Assembly: GCA_043775395.1 (NCBI GenBank)
Contig: JAYVSK010000087.1
Span: forward strand, 1-46,899
Direction: 5' to 3'
Source of the DNA: Lysobacter sp.
GTDB lineage: Bacteria > Pseudomonadota > Gammaproteobacteria > Xanthomonadales > Xanthomonadaceae
Length of the DNA: 46,899 nucleotides
Under the pieces are notes generated by a model, which searched no databases, was not told where the DNA came from, and saw only the letters and a program-made list of their open reading frames with translations. Shown here piece by piece: positions 9,777 to 20,399 of this stretch. Position 1 is the stretch's first letter. Each line of letters opens with the position of its first letter. Position numbers and translations under genes: made by a program.

Positions 9777-10490
9777 CTACCCCCCGGTCGGCACGTTGTG
9801 GTTGGGGATACTGCAGCCGTAGCGGGCCCGGTAGGCCAGCAGGCGCGCATGCTGCTCGAGAAGGTCGGTGCTTTCGCCGGCGAATGCAAGCAGATCGTCC
9901 AATCCTGCGACTGCGATCACGCGAATGCCGTTCTCCGCCGTCACGGCCTGCGCCGCCGAGAGCGCCTCACCCGCGTTCAGCGCGTCACCGCCGCCGGCGA
10001 GCTCCTGGCGGTCGAGGGCGATCACGATGCCCGCCGGAATACCGCCGCCGTCGCGGATCGCGGCCAGCGCCTCGCGGATCGCGGTGCCGGCGGTGATCAC
10101 GTCATCCACGATCAGCACCCGCTTTCCGGCCAGGGGCGCGCCGATCAGAGTGCCGCCTTCGCCGTGGGTCTTGGCTTCCTTGCGATTGAACGCCAGCGGC
10201 AGATCGCGGCCACGCCGCGCGTACTCGCAGGCCAATGCCGTCGCCAGCGGAATGCCCTTGTAGGCCGGGCCGAACAGCATGTCGAAGGCGGACAGATCGA
10301 GGCCGGGGCCGGTGGATTCGATCGCGTCCGCATAGCAGCCCGCCAGTTCGGCCAGCGCAGCGCCGGAGTCGAAGCGGCCGGCGTTGAAGAAATACGGGCT
10401 GACCCGCCCCGATTTGAGCGTGAATTCGCCAAAGCGCAGCGCCTCGACGCGCAGGGCCAGCTGCAGGAAACGGGTGCGATAGTCGGTCAA
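9777..10490 (-). CDS. pyrE: Orotate phosphoribosyltransferase
   Basis: FGEFTLKSGRVSPYFFNAG, FGPAYKGIP, RKEAKTHGEGG and VDDVITAGT. TTG start inferred. Confidence 0.96.
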   Translation of the reverse strand: MTDYRTRFLQLALRVEALRFGEFTLKSGRVSPYFFNAGRFDSGAALAELAGCYADAIESTGPGLDLSAFDMLFGPAYKGIPLATALACEYARRGRDLPLAFNRKEAKTHGEGGTLIGAPLAGKRVLIVDDVITAGTAIREALAAIRDGGGIPAGIVIALDRQELAGGGDALNAGEALSAAQAVTAENGIRVIAVAGLDDLLAFAGESTDLLEQHARLLAYRARYGCSIPNHNVPTGG

Positions 10491-10629
10491 GGCCGGGAAT
10501 CGGGAATGGATGATCGCGAATCGTAATCGCAAGGCTGCGGAAAGTCCCTCAGAGCAAGCGCGGCGGGTGCCAAGTGTGGACCGATCGGCTAGTCTGCTTT
10601 TCCGATTCCATTGCCGATTGCCCATTCCC

Positions 10630-11505
10630 GTGCGAATCATCAGCTTCAACGCCAACGGCCTGCGTTCGGCCGCTACCAAAGGTTTCTTCGACTGGTTTCG
10701 CGCGCAGGATGCCGACGTGCTGTGCGTGCAGGAGACCAAGGCGCAGGAACACCAGCTGCACGTGCCCGAACTGCTCCCGGAAGGCTACCGCGCGTTCTTC
10801 AAGGACGCCGTTACTAAAAAAGGCTATAGCGGCGTCGGTCTCTACAGCCGCAGGCCGCCGGATGAGGTGCGCACCTCGCTGGGCTGGGCGCCGTTCGACG
10901 ATGAAGGCCGCTATATCGAAGCCCGCTACGGCAACCTCAGCGTGGTGTCGTTCTATATTCCGTCGGGATCCTCCGGCGAGCTGCGGCAGGCGTTTAAATT
11001 CGAAGTGATGCAGTGGCTCCGGCCGATCCTCGACGAATGGCTGCGCAGTGGCCGCGACTACGTGCTGTGCGGCGACTGGAACATCGTCCGCGCGCGCAAC
11101 GACATCAAGAATTGGACGTCGAACCAGAAGAATTCCGGCTGCTTGCCGGAAGAGCGCGCCTGGATCAACGGCCAGATCGCCGACGGCTGCGGCGACGGCA
11201 CCACCGCACCCGATCACGGCTGGCTGGACAGCTTCCGCGTGCTCAAACCCGATGACGTCGAATACACCTGGTGGTCGCAGCGCGGCGCGGCGCGTGCCAA
11301 CAACGTGGGCTGGCGCATCGACTATCAATTCGTCACCCCGTCGCTGCGCGATGCGGTGACGGCGTGCGCAGTGCACAAAGACCCGCGTTTTTCCGACCAT
11401 GCGCCCGTTGTTGTCGACTATGCGTTGAGCAGCGGCACCTTGAAGGGCAGCGCATCCAAAGACAGCGCACTCAAAGGCAGCGTATCGAAGGGCGGCAAAC
11501 GGTGA
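10630..11505 (+). CDS. xth: Exodeoxyribonuclease III / AP endonuclease
   Basis: RIISFNANG, VQETK, GYSGV, GDWN, GWRIDY and SDH motifs. GTG start inferred. Confidence 0.92.
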   Translation: MRIISFNANGLRSAATKGFFDWFRAQDADVLCVQETKAQEHQLHVPELLPEGYRAFFKDAVTKKGYSGVGLYSRRPPDEVRTSLGWAPFDDEGRYIEARYGNLSVVSFYIPSGSSGELRQAFKFEVMQWLRPILDEWLRSGRDYVLCGDWNIVRARNDIKNWTSNQKNSGCLPEERAWINGQIADGCGDGTTAPDHGWLDSFRVLKPDDVEYTWWSQRGAARANNVGWRIDYQFVTPSLRDAVTACAVHKDPRFSDHAPVVVDYALSSGTLKGSASKDSALKGSVSKGGKR

Positions 11506-13106
11506 GCGCTGCCAGCGCCAAACCTGCGGCACCCGCGAAACGCCTCGGCTGGCGCGACGTGCTGCGCGGCCTGCGTCAGCGCAAAGTCGCGGTCATGTTG
11601 CTGCTGGGCATGTCCGCAGGTCTGCCGTTCATGCTGGTCGGCAATACGATGGGTCTGTGGCTGCGCGAAGGCGGCACCGAGCTGACCGCGATCGGCTTCC
11701 TGTCGTGGGTCGGCATCATGTATTCGATGAAGTTCCTGTGGGCGCCGATCATCGACAAGGTCGATGTGCCGGTGCTGGGGCGGCTGCTGGGCCATCGACG
11801 CGGCTGGATGCTGTTGGCGCAGATCGTGGTCGCGCTGGGCCTGCTGGGCATGGCGTTGCTGACTCCACAGGGCGGCCTGGTCGCCTTCGCGATGCTCGCG
11901 CTGATGGCGGCGTTCGCATCGGCAACCCAGGACATCGTCATCGATGCCTGGCGGATCGAGAGTGCCGACAGCGGCGAGGAGCTGTCGCTGCTCAGTTCGG
12001 CGTATCAGCTGGGGTATCGCACCGCGCTGCTGCTGACCGATGCGTGGATCCTGGTGATCGCGGCGAAAATCGGCTGGGTCGCATCCTATGAACTCATCGC
12101 CGGGCTGATGGCCCTCGGCATGATCGCGGTGCTGTTCGCGCGCGAGTCGAGGGCCACCCGCACCGACACGCGCGTGATCGATATTCCCGACCCGCGCGCC
12201 GGCAACCTTGGCGTGTCCGATGCGATGGTGGTGCGCTGGTTGTGCGCACTGATGATCGGCATCGCGGGCATCGCATACATGATCAACGCGCACAATTTCT
12301 GGGAGAAACCCTGGGGCTGGGACGATGTTGCGTTCGCGGTCGGCGTGCCGCTGGCGATCTGGCGACTGCTCCGGCGCGCGAAAGACGCTGCGCCGGTGCG
12401 CGACGCGACGTGGTCCCGACCGCTCGTGGCGCCGCTGCTGCGTTTCTTCGACGCTGCCGTCGGCCCGCTCATCATGTTCTTCCGCGATCACGGCAAGGCC
12501 GCGCTGCTGATCTTGCTGGCGATCAGCCTCTATCGGCTACCCGATTTCGTGATGGGGCCGATGGCGAATCCGTTCTATACGGATCTCGGGATCGACAAGG
12601 CGACGGTGGGCACCGTGCGCGGCACGGTAGGCTGGGTCGCGACGATGGTAGGAATCCTGATCGCGGGTCTCAGCGCCCTGCGCTTGGGCTTCATCACCAC
12701 GCTGATGATCGGCGCGGTGGTCGGCCCGGCGTCCAATCTGGCTTTCGCGTATCTCGCCTACCACGGCGGCGATCCGCAGGTGTTTTCAGCGGTGATGGCG
12801 ATCGACAACTTCAGCGCCGGGTTCGCCGGCGTGGCGCTTGTGGGCTATATGTCCAGCCTGACCACACTCGGTTACACCGCGACCCAGTACGCGCTGCTGA
12901 GTTCCTTCTACGCGATGCCGGGCAAATTCCTCAAAGGTCTGTCGGGCGCGGCGGTCGATGGCCTCGCCAAATCGCATGCGCTGCTCGACGCCTACGCGAT
13001 GTTCTTCATCGGCACCGCGCTGATCGGCATTCCGGCATTGCTGCTGTGTCTCTGGCTGGTGCACCACGCGCGCACGGCCGACACACCCGCATCCGCAGCG
13101 GCTTGA
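11502..13106 (+). CDS. ampG: AmpG-family muropeptide MFS transporter
   Basis: GMSAGLPF, KFLWAPIID, GHRRGW, SATQDIVIDAWRIE and TATQYALLSS. GTG overlaps the xth stop. Confidence 0.88.
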   Translation: MSAASAKPAAPAKRLGWRDVLRGLRQRKVAVMLLLGMSAGLPFMLVGNTMGLWLREGGTELTAIGFLSWVGIMYSMKFLWAPIIDKVDVPVLGRLLGHRRGWMLLAQIVVALGLLGMALLTPQGGLVAFAMLALMAAFASATQDIVIDAWRIESADSGEELSLLSSAYQLGYRTALLLTDAWILVIAAKIGWVASYELIAGLMALGMIAVLFARESRATRTDTRVIDIPDPRAGNLGVSDAMVVRWLCALMIGIAGIAYMINAHNFWEKPWGWDDVAFAVGVPLAIWRLLRRAKDAAPVRDATWSRPLVAPLLRFFDAAVGPLIMFFRDHGKAALLILLAISLYRLPDFVMGPMANPFYTDLGIDKATVGTVRGTVGWVATMVGILIAGLSALRLGFITTLMIGAVVGPASNLAFAYLAYHGGDPQVFSAVMAIDNFSAGFAGVALVGYMSSLTTLGYTATQYALLSSFYAMPGKFLKGLSGAAVDGLAKSHALLDAYAMFFIGTALIGIPALLLCLWLVHHARTADTPASAAA

Positions 13107-13110
13107 TGCC

Positions 13111-13470
13111 ATGACCGATCTCGTTCTTCGCGATATCGATCCGGTGCTGGCCGAGCGCATCCGCAAGGTTGCGCATACCAACGGCTGGACCGTGCACCAA
13201 ACGATCATGCATTTGATCGAACGCGGGCTGTACGCCAGCGAAGGCGGCGCGCTGCGCTTCGACGGCGCTGAATCGGACGTCCTCCAGTCGGTGATTGCCG
13301 CGCTGGAAACCGTGCCCAACGATCCCGGGTTTTCGCTGATCGGGCGGATGGGCGAAGCGTCGCCGTGCGTGGAGGAACCTGCCGTTCAACGTGCGACCGG
13401 CTTCGACCCCAACGAGCTGGAGCACTTCCTGCAGAACGTGCCGGTGGGCGCCAAGCTGGGAAGCCGGTAG
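13111..13470 (+). CDS. Hypothetical protein with a ribbon-helix-helix-like N-terminus
   Basis: Starts 4 bp after ampG. MTDLVLRDIDPVLAERIRKVA..NGWTV resembles an Arc/RHH pattern, and codon usage is typical. Confidence 0.7.
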   Translation: MTDLVLRDIDPVLAERIRKVAHTNGWTVHQTIMHLIERGLYASEGGALRFDGAESDVLQSVIAALETVPNDPGFSLIGRMGEASPCVEEPAVQRATGFDPNELEHFLQNVPVGAKLGSR

Positions 13471-13566
13471 AGCGGACTTCAGTCCGCTGCTCTTGCTGCA
13501 AAAACAGCGGACTGAAGTCCGCTCTACCGGGTTGCATCGTTGCAGCGGCGTGAAGTCCGCTCTACC
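13466..13566. repeat. GTAG-family REP cluster: inverted doublet plus a third degenerate copy
   Basis: GGTAGAGCGGACTTCAGTCCGCT (13466-13488), its exact reverse complement (13506-13528) and a third copy AGCGGCGTGAAGTCCGCTCTACC (13544-13566). Confidence 0.9.
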
Positions 13567-14707
13567 CGGAATAGATCGCGCCCAGCACCCGCGGCCCCGT
13601 CGCGCCGGTGACGCTGGGCAGATTGCCCGGACGCCCCAGCAGGGTCTGCCGCGCCAGCCACGCGAAGCCCAATGCTTCGACCACGTCCGGGTCGATACCG
13701 TGTGCGGCGGTGGTTTCCAGCACGGCGTCGGGCAGCGCGTCCGCCAAGGCGCGCATCAGCAACGGATTGTGCACGCCGCCGCCGCAGCCGATCACCCTCG
13801 CCACATCCGGCAGGGTCGCGCGCAGCGCATCGGCGACCGTGCGCGCGGTCAGCGCCAGCAGCGTTGCCTGCACATCGCCCGGCGTTTCGGTGCCGGAGAG
13901 TTTCGATTCGACCCAGCCGAGATGGAACTGGTCGCGGCCGGTCGATTTCGGCGGCGGCAGCGCGAACCACGCATCGTCGAGCAGGCGCGCAAGCAGCGCG
14001 TCGTCCACCTGCCCGCCCGCTGCGAATGCGCCGCCGCGATCGAAGCGTTCGCCGGTGTGGCGCAGGCACCAGGCATCCATCAGGCCGTTCGCGGGTCCGG
14101 TGTCGAAGCCACGGACATCGCCGCGCGTCGGCAGGAGCGTGAGATTGGCGATGCCGCCAAGATTCAATACCGCACGGTCTTCGTCGCGCGACGACAGCAG
14201 CGCCGCATGCAGCGCCGGCAGCAGCGGCGCGCCGTGGCCGCCGGCGGCGACATCGCGGCGGCGGAAATCCGCGACCGTGCGAATGCCGGTGGCTTCGGCG
14301 ATCAGGTTGGCGTCGCCCAATTGCAGCGTGAAGCGATGCACGTCGTCGTTGGCCGCGCCGTTGGGGCGATGGCGCAGCGTCTGCCCGTGTGAACCAATCG
14401 CGGCAATTTGTGTGTGGTCAACGCCGCTGTCGCGAATCGCCTGCGCGGCTGCATCGGCAAACGCCGCGCCGATCCGCACATCGAGCGTGCCGATCTGGTC
14501 CAGGGTCAGCGCTGGCGCGTGTTGGCCCAGCTCGATCAGCTGCGCACGCAGGTCGTGATTCCATGCGTAGGTGCGGCCGAACAGCACCTCGGCGTGCGGG
14601 ACGCGATGCGCGTCGGTATTACCGTCATGAAAACGCGCAACGGCAACGTCGATCCCGTCGGCGCTGGTGCCGGAGATCATGCCCAGAAATAATTTTTGGT
14701 TGTCCAT
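13562..14707 (-). CDS. anmK: Anhydro-N-acetylmuramic acid kinase
   Basis: [51 protein letters not shown] and PKSTGR. Confidence 0.97.
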   Translation of the reverse strand: MDNQKLFLGMISGTSADGIDVAVARFHDGNTDAHRVPHAEVLFGRTYAWNHDLRAQLIELGQHAPALTLDQIGTLDVRIGAAFADAAAQAIRDSGVDHTQIAAIGSHGQTLRHRPNGAANDDVHRFTLQLGDANLIAEATGIRTVADFRRRDVAAGGHGAPLLPALHAALLSSRDEDRAVLNLGGIANLTLLPTRGDVRGFDTGPANGLMDAWCLRHTGERFDRGGAFAAGGQVDDALLARLLDDAWFALPPPKSTGRDQFHLGWVESKLSGTETPGDVQATLLALTARTVADALRATLPDVARVIGCGGGVHNPLLMRALADALPDAVLETTAAHGIDPDVVEALGFAWLARQTLLGRPGNLPSVTGATGPRVLGAIYSG

Positions 14708-14797
14708 CGCAGCATGATCGGCGATGGCGGCAGTGGTTGCCAGCCGTCGCCGGCAACACGCGCTGCCGCAGGAAGCTCCCGCTGATGGGGCTCGGGA

Positions 14798-16261
14798 TCA
14801 GCCCTTCTTCTTTGCCCTGCGCGCCGGAGATGTTTCCAGCGCGATCGCCAGCGCCGGCCCTTCAATCGCTTCCGGGAAGATGATGTTTTCGACCGTACGG
14901 ATTTTGGTCAGCGCACGCTGGGTCTCGGTCCGGAAGTTGGCCAGTTCGGCGCCGCGCAGCGGCTCCGGTGGCGGCATCGTGATCGACAGCGGGTTGCGGT
15001 GCACGCCGTTGATCCGGAATTCGTAGTGCAGATGCGGGCCGGTGGACATGCCGGTGCTGCCGACGTAGCCGATGGTGGTGCCCTGCGCAATACGCTGGCC
15101 CGGACGGATGTTGCCGAAGCGCGACATGTGCCCGTACAGCGTGGTGTAGCCATGGCCGTGATCCAACACCACCGCGCGACCGTAGCCGCCCTGCCAGCCG
15201 ACCGACTGCACGCGGGCGTCGCCAGCGGCCTGGATCGGCGTGCCGGTGCCGGCGGCGTAGTCCACGCCCTTGTGCATACGCATAGTCCCCAGCACGGGGT
15301 GCCGGCGCGCGCCGAAGCTGGAGCTCAGCCGGGCGTACGGAATCGGCATACGGATGAAGGCCCGTTTCAGCGGCCGGCCGTCGGAGGTGAAATATTCCGG
15401 CTTGCCGTTGCGCATGTGCCGGAACGCGGTGTGCAGTTTGCCGTCCACCGTGAATGCAGCGGCCAGTACGGCGCCGGTCTTCTCCAGTTCGCCGTCGATC
15501 CACATCTGGTCGACCACTATGCTGAAGCGGTCGTTGGCGTCGAGGTCCGAATCGAAATCGATGTCGTACTTGAACATCTCGTCGGTCAGCTGGTCCAGAT
15601 GTCCGCCAGTCAGCCCCAGCTGGCGCGCCGAGCGGAACAGCGAGCCGCCAACCTTGCCGCTGAGCACCACGGTGCGTACGTCGACATCGCGCTGCAGCTG
15701 GGTATCGCGGATCTTGTCGCCGGTGAGATCCAGCTGGACGCGCTGACCATCGCGGCGCACGTAGCGGACCGCGCGCAGCATGCCGTTCACCGGCAGGTCC
15801 AGCGCGAGATGGGTCTCGGGCGTGATCTGACCGATTTCGCTCTTCACGCCCGGATGCGCGAGGATGCGCTTGAGATCGGCGTCCGCAATGCCCAGCGTCT
15901 TGAAGGTATGTTTCAGCGATGCGCCGCGCTTGACCGTGACGGTCTGCCAGCTGTCGCCAAACTGGCCCCGTTGGCGCGCCAGCGACAGCGGCGGCAACTT
16001 CAGCGACATGGTCTGGATCGGCGTGGCGGCCGCGGGTTGCAGCACGGTCGCGAAGCCGGGCACGATGGTCCCCAGCAACACCACCATCGTCGCGACCAGA
16101 CTGGTCTGCGCCCACTGGCGCCGCGTCCAGCGACCGTTGAAACCGGGAGAGGGCTGGATATCCTCGGGAGCAATCTGGCGAGCTTCCTGCTCCGTTGCTT
16201 GGCGCAGATTGCGCAGCCGTACGCTACGGTTGCGCGAGGTGCGGTTTGACGATGCGGACAT
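14798..16261 (-). CDS. M23-family peptidoglycan DD-endopeptidase (MepM/OapA-like)
   Basis: N-terminal TM segment; M23 motifs HKGVDYA, TLYGHMS and STGPHLHYE. Confidence 0.92.
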   Translation of the reverse strand: MSASSNRTSRNRSVRLRNLRQATEQEARQIAPEDIQPSPGFNGRWTRRQWAQTSLVATMVVLLGTIVPGFATVLQPAAATPIQTMSLKLPPLSLARQRGQFGDSWQTVTVKRGASLKHTFKTLGIADADLKRILAHPGVKSEIGQITPETHLALDLPVNGMLRAVRYVRRDGQRVQLDLTGDKIRDTQLQRDVDVRTVVLSGKVGGSLFRSARQLGLTGGHLDQLTDEMFKYDIDFDSDLDANDRFSIVVDQMWIDGELEKTGAVLAAAFTVDGKLHTAFRHMRNGKPEYFTSDGRPLKRAFIRMPIPYARLSSSFGARRHPVLGTMRMHKGVDYAAGTGTPIQAAGDARVQSVGWQGGYGRAVVLDHGHGYTTLYGHMSRFGNIRPGQRIAQGTTIGYVGSTGMSTGPHLHYEFRINGVHRNPLSITMPPPEPLRGAELANFRTETQRALTKIRTVENIIFPEAIEGPALAIALETSPARRAKKKG

Positions 16262-16480
16262 CGGGTGGGTTCCCCCTGTAGGAATCAGTCAGACGGCGGC
16301 TAGAGTCCGACACCATAATTCAGTCGAAAAGATTGCGTCAAATCCTTGACAGGCTTGGATTTTTTTAACATTTCGGGTTAACTGTCCTTTAACACATTGT
16401 TCATGCTGGCGACCCCGATCTGTCGATAGGGTCACCTTCCCGGCTCCATCTTTCCCTACAGGTTCACGGTTTGACTGCCC

Positions 16481-17713
16481 ATGCCCATTGACGCCTCCGC
16501 CCCGGCCTTCGACCTGATTGCGCGAGGCGCCGATGAAATCCTCAAACGCGAGGACCTCGAAACCCGCCTCGCCGCCGCCATGCAAACCGGCGGTCGCCCG
16601 CTGCGGATCAAGGCAGGCTTCGACCCCACCGCGCCCGATCTGCACATCGGCCACACCGTGCTGCTCAACAAAATGCGCCAGTTCCAGGAACTCGGGCATC
16701 AGGTGATTTTTCTGATCGGCGATTTCACCGGCATGATCGGCGACCCCACCGGCAAAAACGTCACCCGCAAACCGTTGACCCGCGAAGACGTGCTGGCCAA
16801 CGCCGACACCTACGCCGACCAGGTATTCAAGGTGCTCGACAAGGACCGCACCGAGGTGCGCTTCAACAGCGAATGGTTCGGCAAGATGAGCGCCGCCGAC
16901 ATGATCAAACTCGCCGGCCAGCACACGGTGGCGCGGATGCTGGAGCGCGACGACTTCGCCAAGCGCCACAAAGCGCAGCAATCCATTGCCATCCACGAAT
17001 TCCTCTATCCGCTGGTGCAGGGCTACGACTCGGTGGCGCTGAAGGCCGACGTGGAGCTTGGCGGCACCGATCAAAAGTTCAACCTGTTGATGGGCCGTGG
17101 CCTGCAGGAACACTTCGGCCAGCCGCCGCAGATCGTGCTGACCATGCCGCTGCTGGAAGGCCTGGACGGCGTGCAGAAGATGTCGAAGTCGCTGGGCAAT
17201 TACATCGGCATCAATGAGCCGGCCATCGATATCGTCAACAAGACCATGAAGATCGGCGACGCATTGATGTGGCGCTGGATCGACCTGCTCAGCTTCGAAA
17301 TCGGTATCGATGAAGCGAATCGCCTCAAAGCCGACATCGACAGCGGGCAGCTGAATCCGCGCGACGTGAAGCTGCGCCTCGCGCGCGAGCTCGCTGTGCG
17401 CTTCCACGATGCCGCCGCCGCCGAGACCGCTATTGCCGGCTGGCAGGCCGCGATCAGCGGCGAGGGCGACATGACCCTGCTGGCGCTGCAGGACGTGCGT
17501 ATTCCGGCCGAAGGTATCCGCATCGCCGCGCTGCTCACCGCTGCCGGCATCACACCCAGCAACTCCGAGGCCAACCGCAAGCTGAAAGAGCGCGCTGTGA
17601 AGGTCGACGGCGAAATCGTCGAAGATCCGCAGACCACCTTCGCACTGGGGTTCGAGGGCGTGCTGCAGGTGGGGAAGCGGAATTTCGCGCGGGTGAGATT
17701 GGTTGCGGCTTGA
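16481..17713 (+). CDS. tyrS: Tyrosine--tRNA ligase
   Basis: [27 protein letters not shown] and a C-terminal S4 domain. Confidence 0.98.
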   Translation: MPIDASAPAFDLIARGADEILKREDLETRLAAAMQTGGRPLRIKAGFDPTAPDLHIGHTVLLNKMRQFQELGHQVIFLIGDFTGMIGDPTGKNVTRKPLTREDVLANADTYADQVFKVLDKDRTEVRFNSEWFGKMSAADMIKLAGQHTVARMLERDDFAKRHKAQQSIAIHEFLYPLVQGYDSVALKADVELGGTDQKFNLLMGRGLQEHFGQPPQIVLTMPLLEGLDGVQKMSKSLGNYIGINEPAIDIVNKTMKIGDALMWRWIDLLSFEIGIDEANRLKADIDSGQLNPRDVKLRLARELAVRFHDAAAAETAIAGWQAAISGEGDMTLLALQDVRIPAEGIRIAALLTAAGITPSNSEANRKLKERAVKVDGEIVEDPQTTFALGFEGVLQVGKRNFARVRLVAA

Positions 17714-17841
17714 AAGTTCCTCGACCACTGCCAGTGACTGATGGCAGAGGGCAGACAGCGACGCCGCGCTATGCTCCGTGCCTGAGCTGAACCTGCTCAT
17801 GCTGCTTGTTGGTTAACCCTCCCGTTCGAGAGTCCCCCATC

Positions 17842-19989
17842 ATGTCCCCACGATTCCTTCCCATTGCCCTGCTCATGACCCTGCCGCTGTCCTCGCTCGC
17901 TGCTACGCTCCCCCCACCGCCCGATGCCGTCCAGAAGCCGCATGAGGTCAAAGCTCCGCACGGCGCGGTGCGCAACGACGCGTACTACTGGCTGCGCGAC
18001 GACAAGCGCAAGAACAAAGCGATGCTGGGGTATCTCAATGCTGAAAATGCCTACGCCGATGCGGTAATGGCGCCGCTGAAGCCGCTGCAGGAAACGCTGT
18101 ACAGCGAGATCGTCGGGCGGATTAAACAGGACGACGATTCGGTGCCGTACCGCGAGCGCGGCTGGTGGTATTTCAGCCGTTTCCAGGCCGGCAAGGACTA
18201 TCCGGTCCATCTGCGCGCCAAGGCTGCGGCTGACGGTGCGCAGGGCAAGGACGATCAGGTTCTGCTGGATGTAAACGTGCTGGCCAAGGACAAGAATTAT
18301 TACAGCGTCGGCGATATGGCAGTCAGCCAGGACAACACGCTTCTCGCCTACGCCGAAGACGGCAATGGTCGCCGCCAGTACACCATCCGTTTCAAAAACA
18401 TCGATACGGGCGAGCTGTATCCCGACGAGATCAAGGGCGTGTCCGCGAACCTGGTCTGGGCCGACGACAACAAGACGCTGTTTTACATCGAGAACGATCC
18501 GGAAACGCTGCTCACGGTGCGCGTGAAGAAGCACGTGCTGGGTACGCCGGCCAGCGCAGATGCGCTGGTCTATGAAGAAGAGGACGACAGCTTTTACATG
18601 GGCGTCAGCCGCACCCGCGACGATGCCTTCATCTGTATCGAAGTCGAAAGCACGGTGTCCAGCGAAATGCGCTGCGCACCGGCGGCAGACCCCAGCATGT
18701 TCACGGTGTTCGCGCCGCGCGAGCGCGATGTCGAATACAGCGCCGATCATCACGACGGCCGCTGGGTCATCCATACCAATGCGCCCGATGCCGACGGCAC
18801 ACCGGCTGCCAATTACAAATTGATGACCGCCGCCAGCGGCGCAACCTCGCGCAAAGAATGGAAGGCGTGGGTGGCGCATCGCGATGACGTATTCATCGAC
18901 ACCTTCGAGCTGTTCGACGGCTTTACCGCGATCGCCGAGCGCTCCGACGGCCTCGAACGCATCCGCCTGCTGAAGATGGATGGCGAAGAATTCGTGAAGG
19001 CCGACGAACCTGCGTATTCGATGGGCTTTTCGACCAATTCGGAAGCCGATACGCCGTGGCTGCGCTACAGCTACACCTCGCTGACCACGCCGGCCACCAC
19101 CTATGAACTCAATGTCGTCACCGGCGAACGGCGTTTGCTGAAGCAGCAGCCGGTGATCGGCTACGACGCTTCGCAATATGTCACCGAACGGGTGTGGTCC
19201 ACCGCGCGCGACGGCGTGAAAGTGCCGGTGTCGCTGGTATACAAAAAAGGCTTCAAGCGCGACGGCAGCGCAGCGATGCTGCAGTACGCCTACGGCAGTT
19301 ACGGCAGTTCGATGGATCCCGGCTTCAGCGTGACCAACGTCAGTCTGCTCGATCGCGGCATGGTCTACGCCATCGCCCATATCCGCGGCGGCCAGGAAAT
19401 GGGCCGCAAGTGGTACGACGACGGCAAGCTGTTCCACAAGAAGAACACCTTCAATGATTTCATCGACGTCACCGACGATCTGGTCGCCAAGGGGTATGCG
19501 GCGAAAGACCGCATCGGTGCCTACGGCGGCAGCGCCGGCGGCCTGCTGATGGGCGCGATCTCGAACATGGCGCCGGACAAATACCGCGTGATCCTGTCGC
19601 AGGTGCCGTTTGTCGATGTGGTTACCACGATGCTGGACCCGACCATTCCGCTGACCACCAACGAATACGACGAATGGGGCAATCCTGAGAAAAAAGACTA
19701 CTACGACTACATGCTGTCGTATTCGCCTTACGACAATCTGTCGAAGCAGGCCTACCCGGCGATGTTCATCGGTACCGGACTGTGGGACTCGCAGGTGCAG
19801 TACTGGGAGCCGGCGAAGTACGTCGCCCGTCTGCGCGATCTGAACACCTCGCAGCAGCCGGTGGTATTCCGCACCAATATGGACGCCGGCCACGGCGGAA
19901 AATCGGGTCGCTTTCGCCGCTACCGCGAGCAGGCCGAGATGTTCAGCTTCCTGCTCGATCAGCTGGCGGTGGTTCCGGTCAACAAGTGA
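17842..19989 (+). CDS. ptrB: S9-family oligopeptidase B with signal peptide
   Basis: RNDAYYWLRD, YAYGSYG, GGSAGG catalytic Ser, DSQVQYWEPAK and AGHGG. Confidence 0.92.
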   Translation: MSPRFLPIALLMTLPLSSLAATLPPPPDAVQKPHEVKAPHGAVRNDAYYWLRDDKRKNKAMLGYLNAENAYADAVMAPLKPLQETLYSEIVGRIKQDDDSVPYRERGWWYFSRFQAGKDYPVHLRAKAAADGAQGKDDQVLLDVNVLAKDKNYYSVGDMAVSQDNTLLAYAEDGNGRRQYTIRFKNIDTGELYPDEIKGVSANLVWADDNKTLFYIENDPETLLTVRVKKHVLGTPASADALVYEEEDDSFYMGVSRTRDDAFICIEVESTVSSEMRCAPAADPSMFTVFAPRERDVEYSADHHDGRWVIHTNAPDADGTPAANYKLMTAASGATSRKEWKAWVAHRDDVFIDTFELFDGFTAIAERSDGLERIRLLKMDGEEFVKADEPAYSMGFSTNSEADTPWLRYSYTSLTTPATTYELNVVTGERRLLKQQPVIGYDASQYVTERVWSTARDGVKVPVSLVYKKGFKRDGSAAMLQYAYGSYGSSMDPGFSVTNVSLLDRGMVYAIAHIRGGQEMGRKWYDDGKLFHKKNTFNDFIDVTDDLVAKGYAAKDRIGAYGGSAGGLLMGAISNMAPDKYRVILSQVPFVDVVTTMLDPTIPLTTNEYDEWGNPEKKDYYDYMLSYSPYDNLSKQAYPAMFIGTGLWDSQVQYWEPAKYVARLRDLNTSQQPVVFRTNMDAGHGGKSGRFRRYREQAEMFSFLLDQLAVVPVNK

Positions 19990-20016
19990 TCTCCAGGGCT
20001 GCCTGCTGCATGCTTT

Positions 20017-20091
20017 TGTAGGAGCGACGGAAGTCGCGACAGACCGCTGAACGACGACCGCAAAGCGGTCGCGACTTCCGTCGCTCCTACA
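20017..20091. repeat. GTAG-family REP inverted doublet (second REP family)
   Basis: TGTAGGAGCGACGGAAGTCGCGAC (20017-20040) and its perfect reverse complement (20068-20091). Confidence 0.9.
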
Positions 20092-20178
20092 GGAGTCATC
20101 GTTCGCGACGCTGTCGCGCTCTGTTGCAGCTGAACGCCCCGCATTCCGTCGAACCGTCATGGCGGCTACACTGCGCGG

Positions 20179-20397
20179 ATGAATCGACGCCTCGCTCTCG
20201 CCTCCGCCGTTTTCGCGATCGTATTGCCACTGGTCTTGTCCGGCTGCGGCAACAAGGGCCCGCTGGTGCTGCCCGACAAGCCCGCCGACGCGGCCGTGCC
20301 GGTCGAAGCGCCTGCACCGGAAGCCACGCCAGCAGTTGACGCAACGACTGACGCCACGCCCCCCGCGCCTCCTGCCAGCGGCACGCCTGCGCGCTGA
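20179..20397 (+). CDS. lptM: LptM/YifL/LppL-type small lipoprotein
   Basis: [13 protein letters not shown] motif immediately upstream of dapF. Confidence 0.8.
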   Translation: MNRRLALASAVFAIVLPLVLSGCGNKGPLVLPDKPADAAVPVEAPAPEATPAVDATTDATPPAPPASGTPAR

Positions 20398-20399
20398 AC

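Noticed and set aside
13466-13566. Repeat cluster as a mini-CRISPR array
   Set aside because: The copies are inverted REPs, lack regular unique spacers, and there are no cas genes in the window.
16346-16371. TTGACA...TAACAT sigma-70 promoter for tyrS
   Set aside because: The spacing is only 14 bp, so the promoter cannot be placed reliably.
17797-20160. 787-aa antisense ORF, and similar long shadow ORFs opposite algC, hslU, recBCD and the autotransporter
   Set aside because: Antisense or alternate-frame shadows are expected with high-GC codon bias, and they carry no recognisable motifs.
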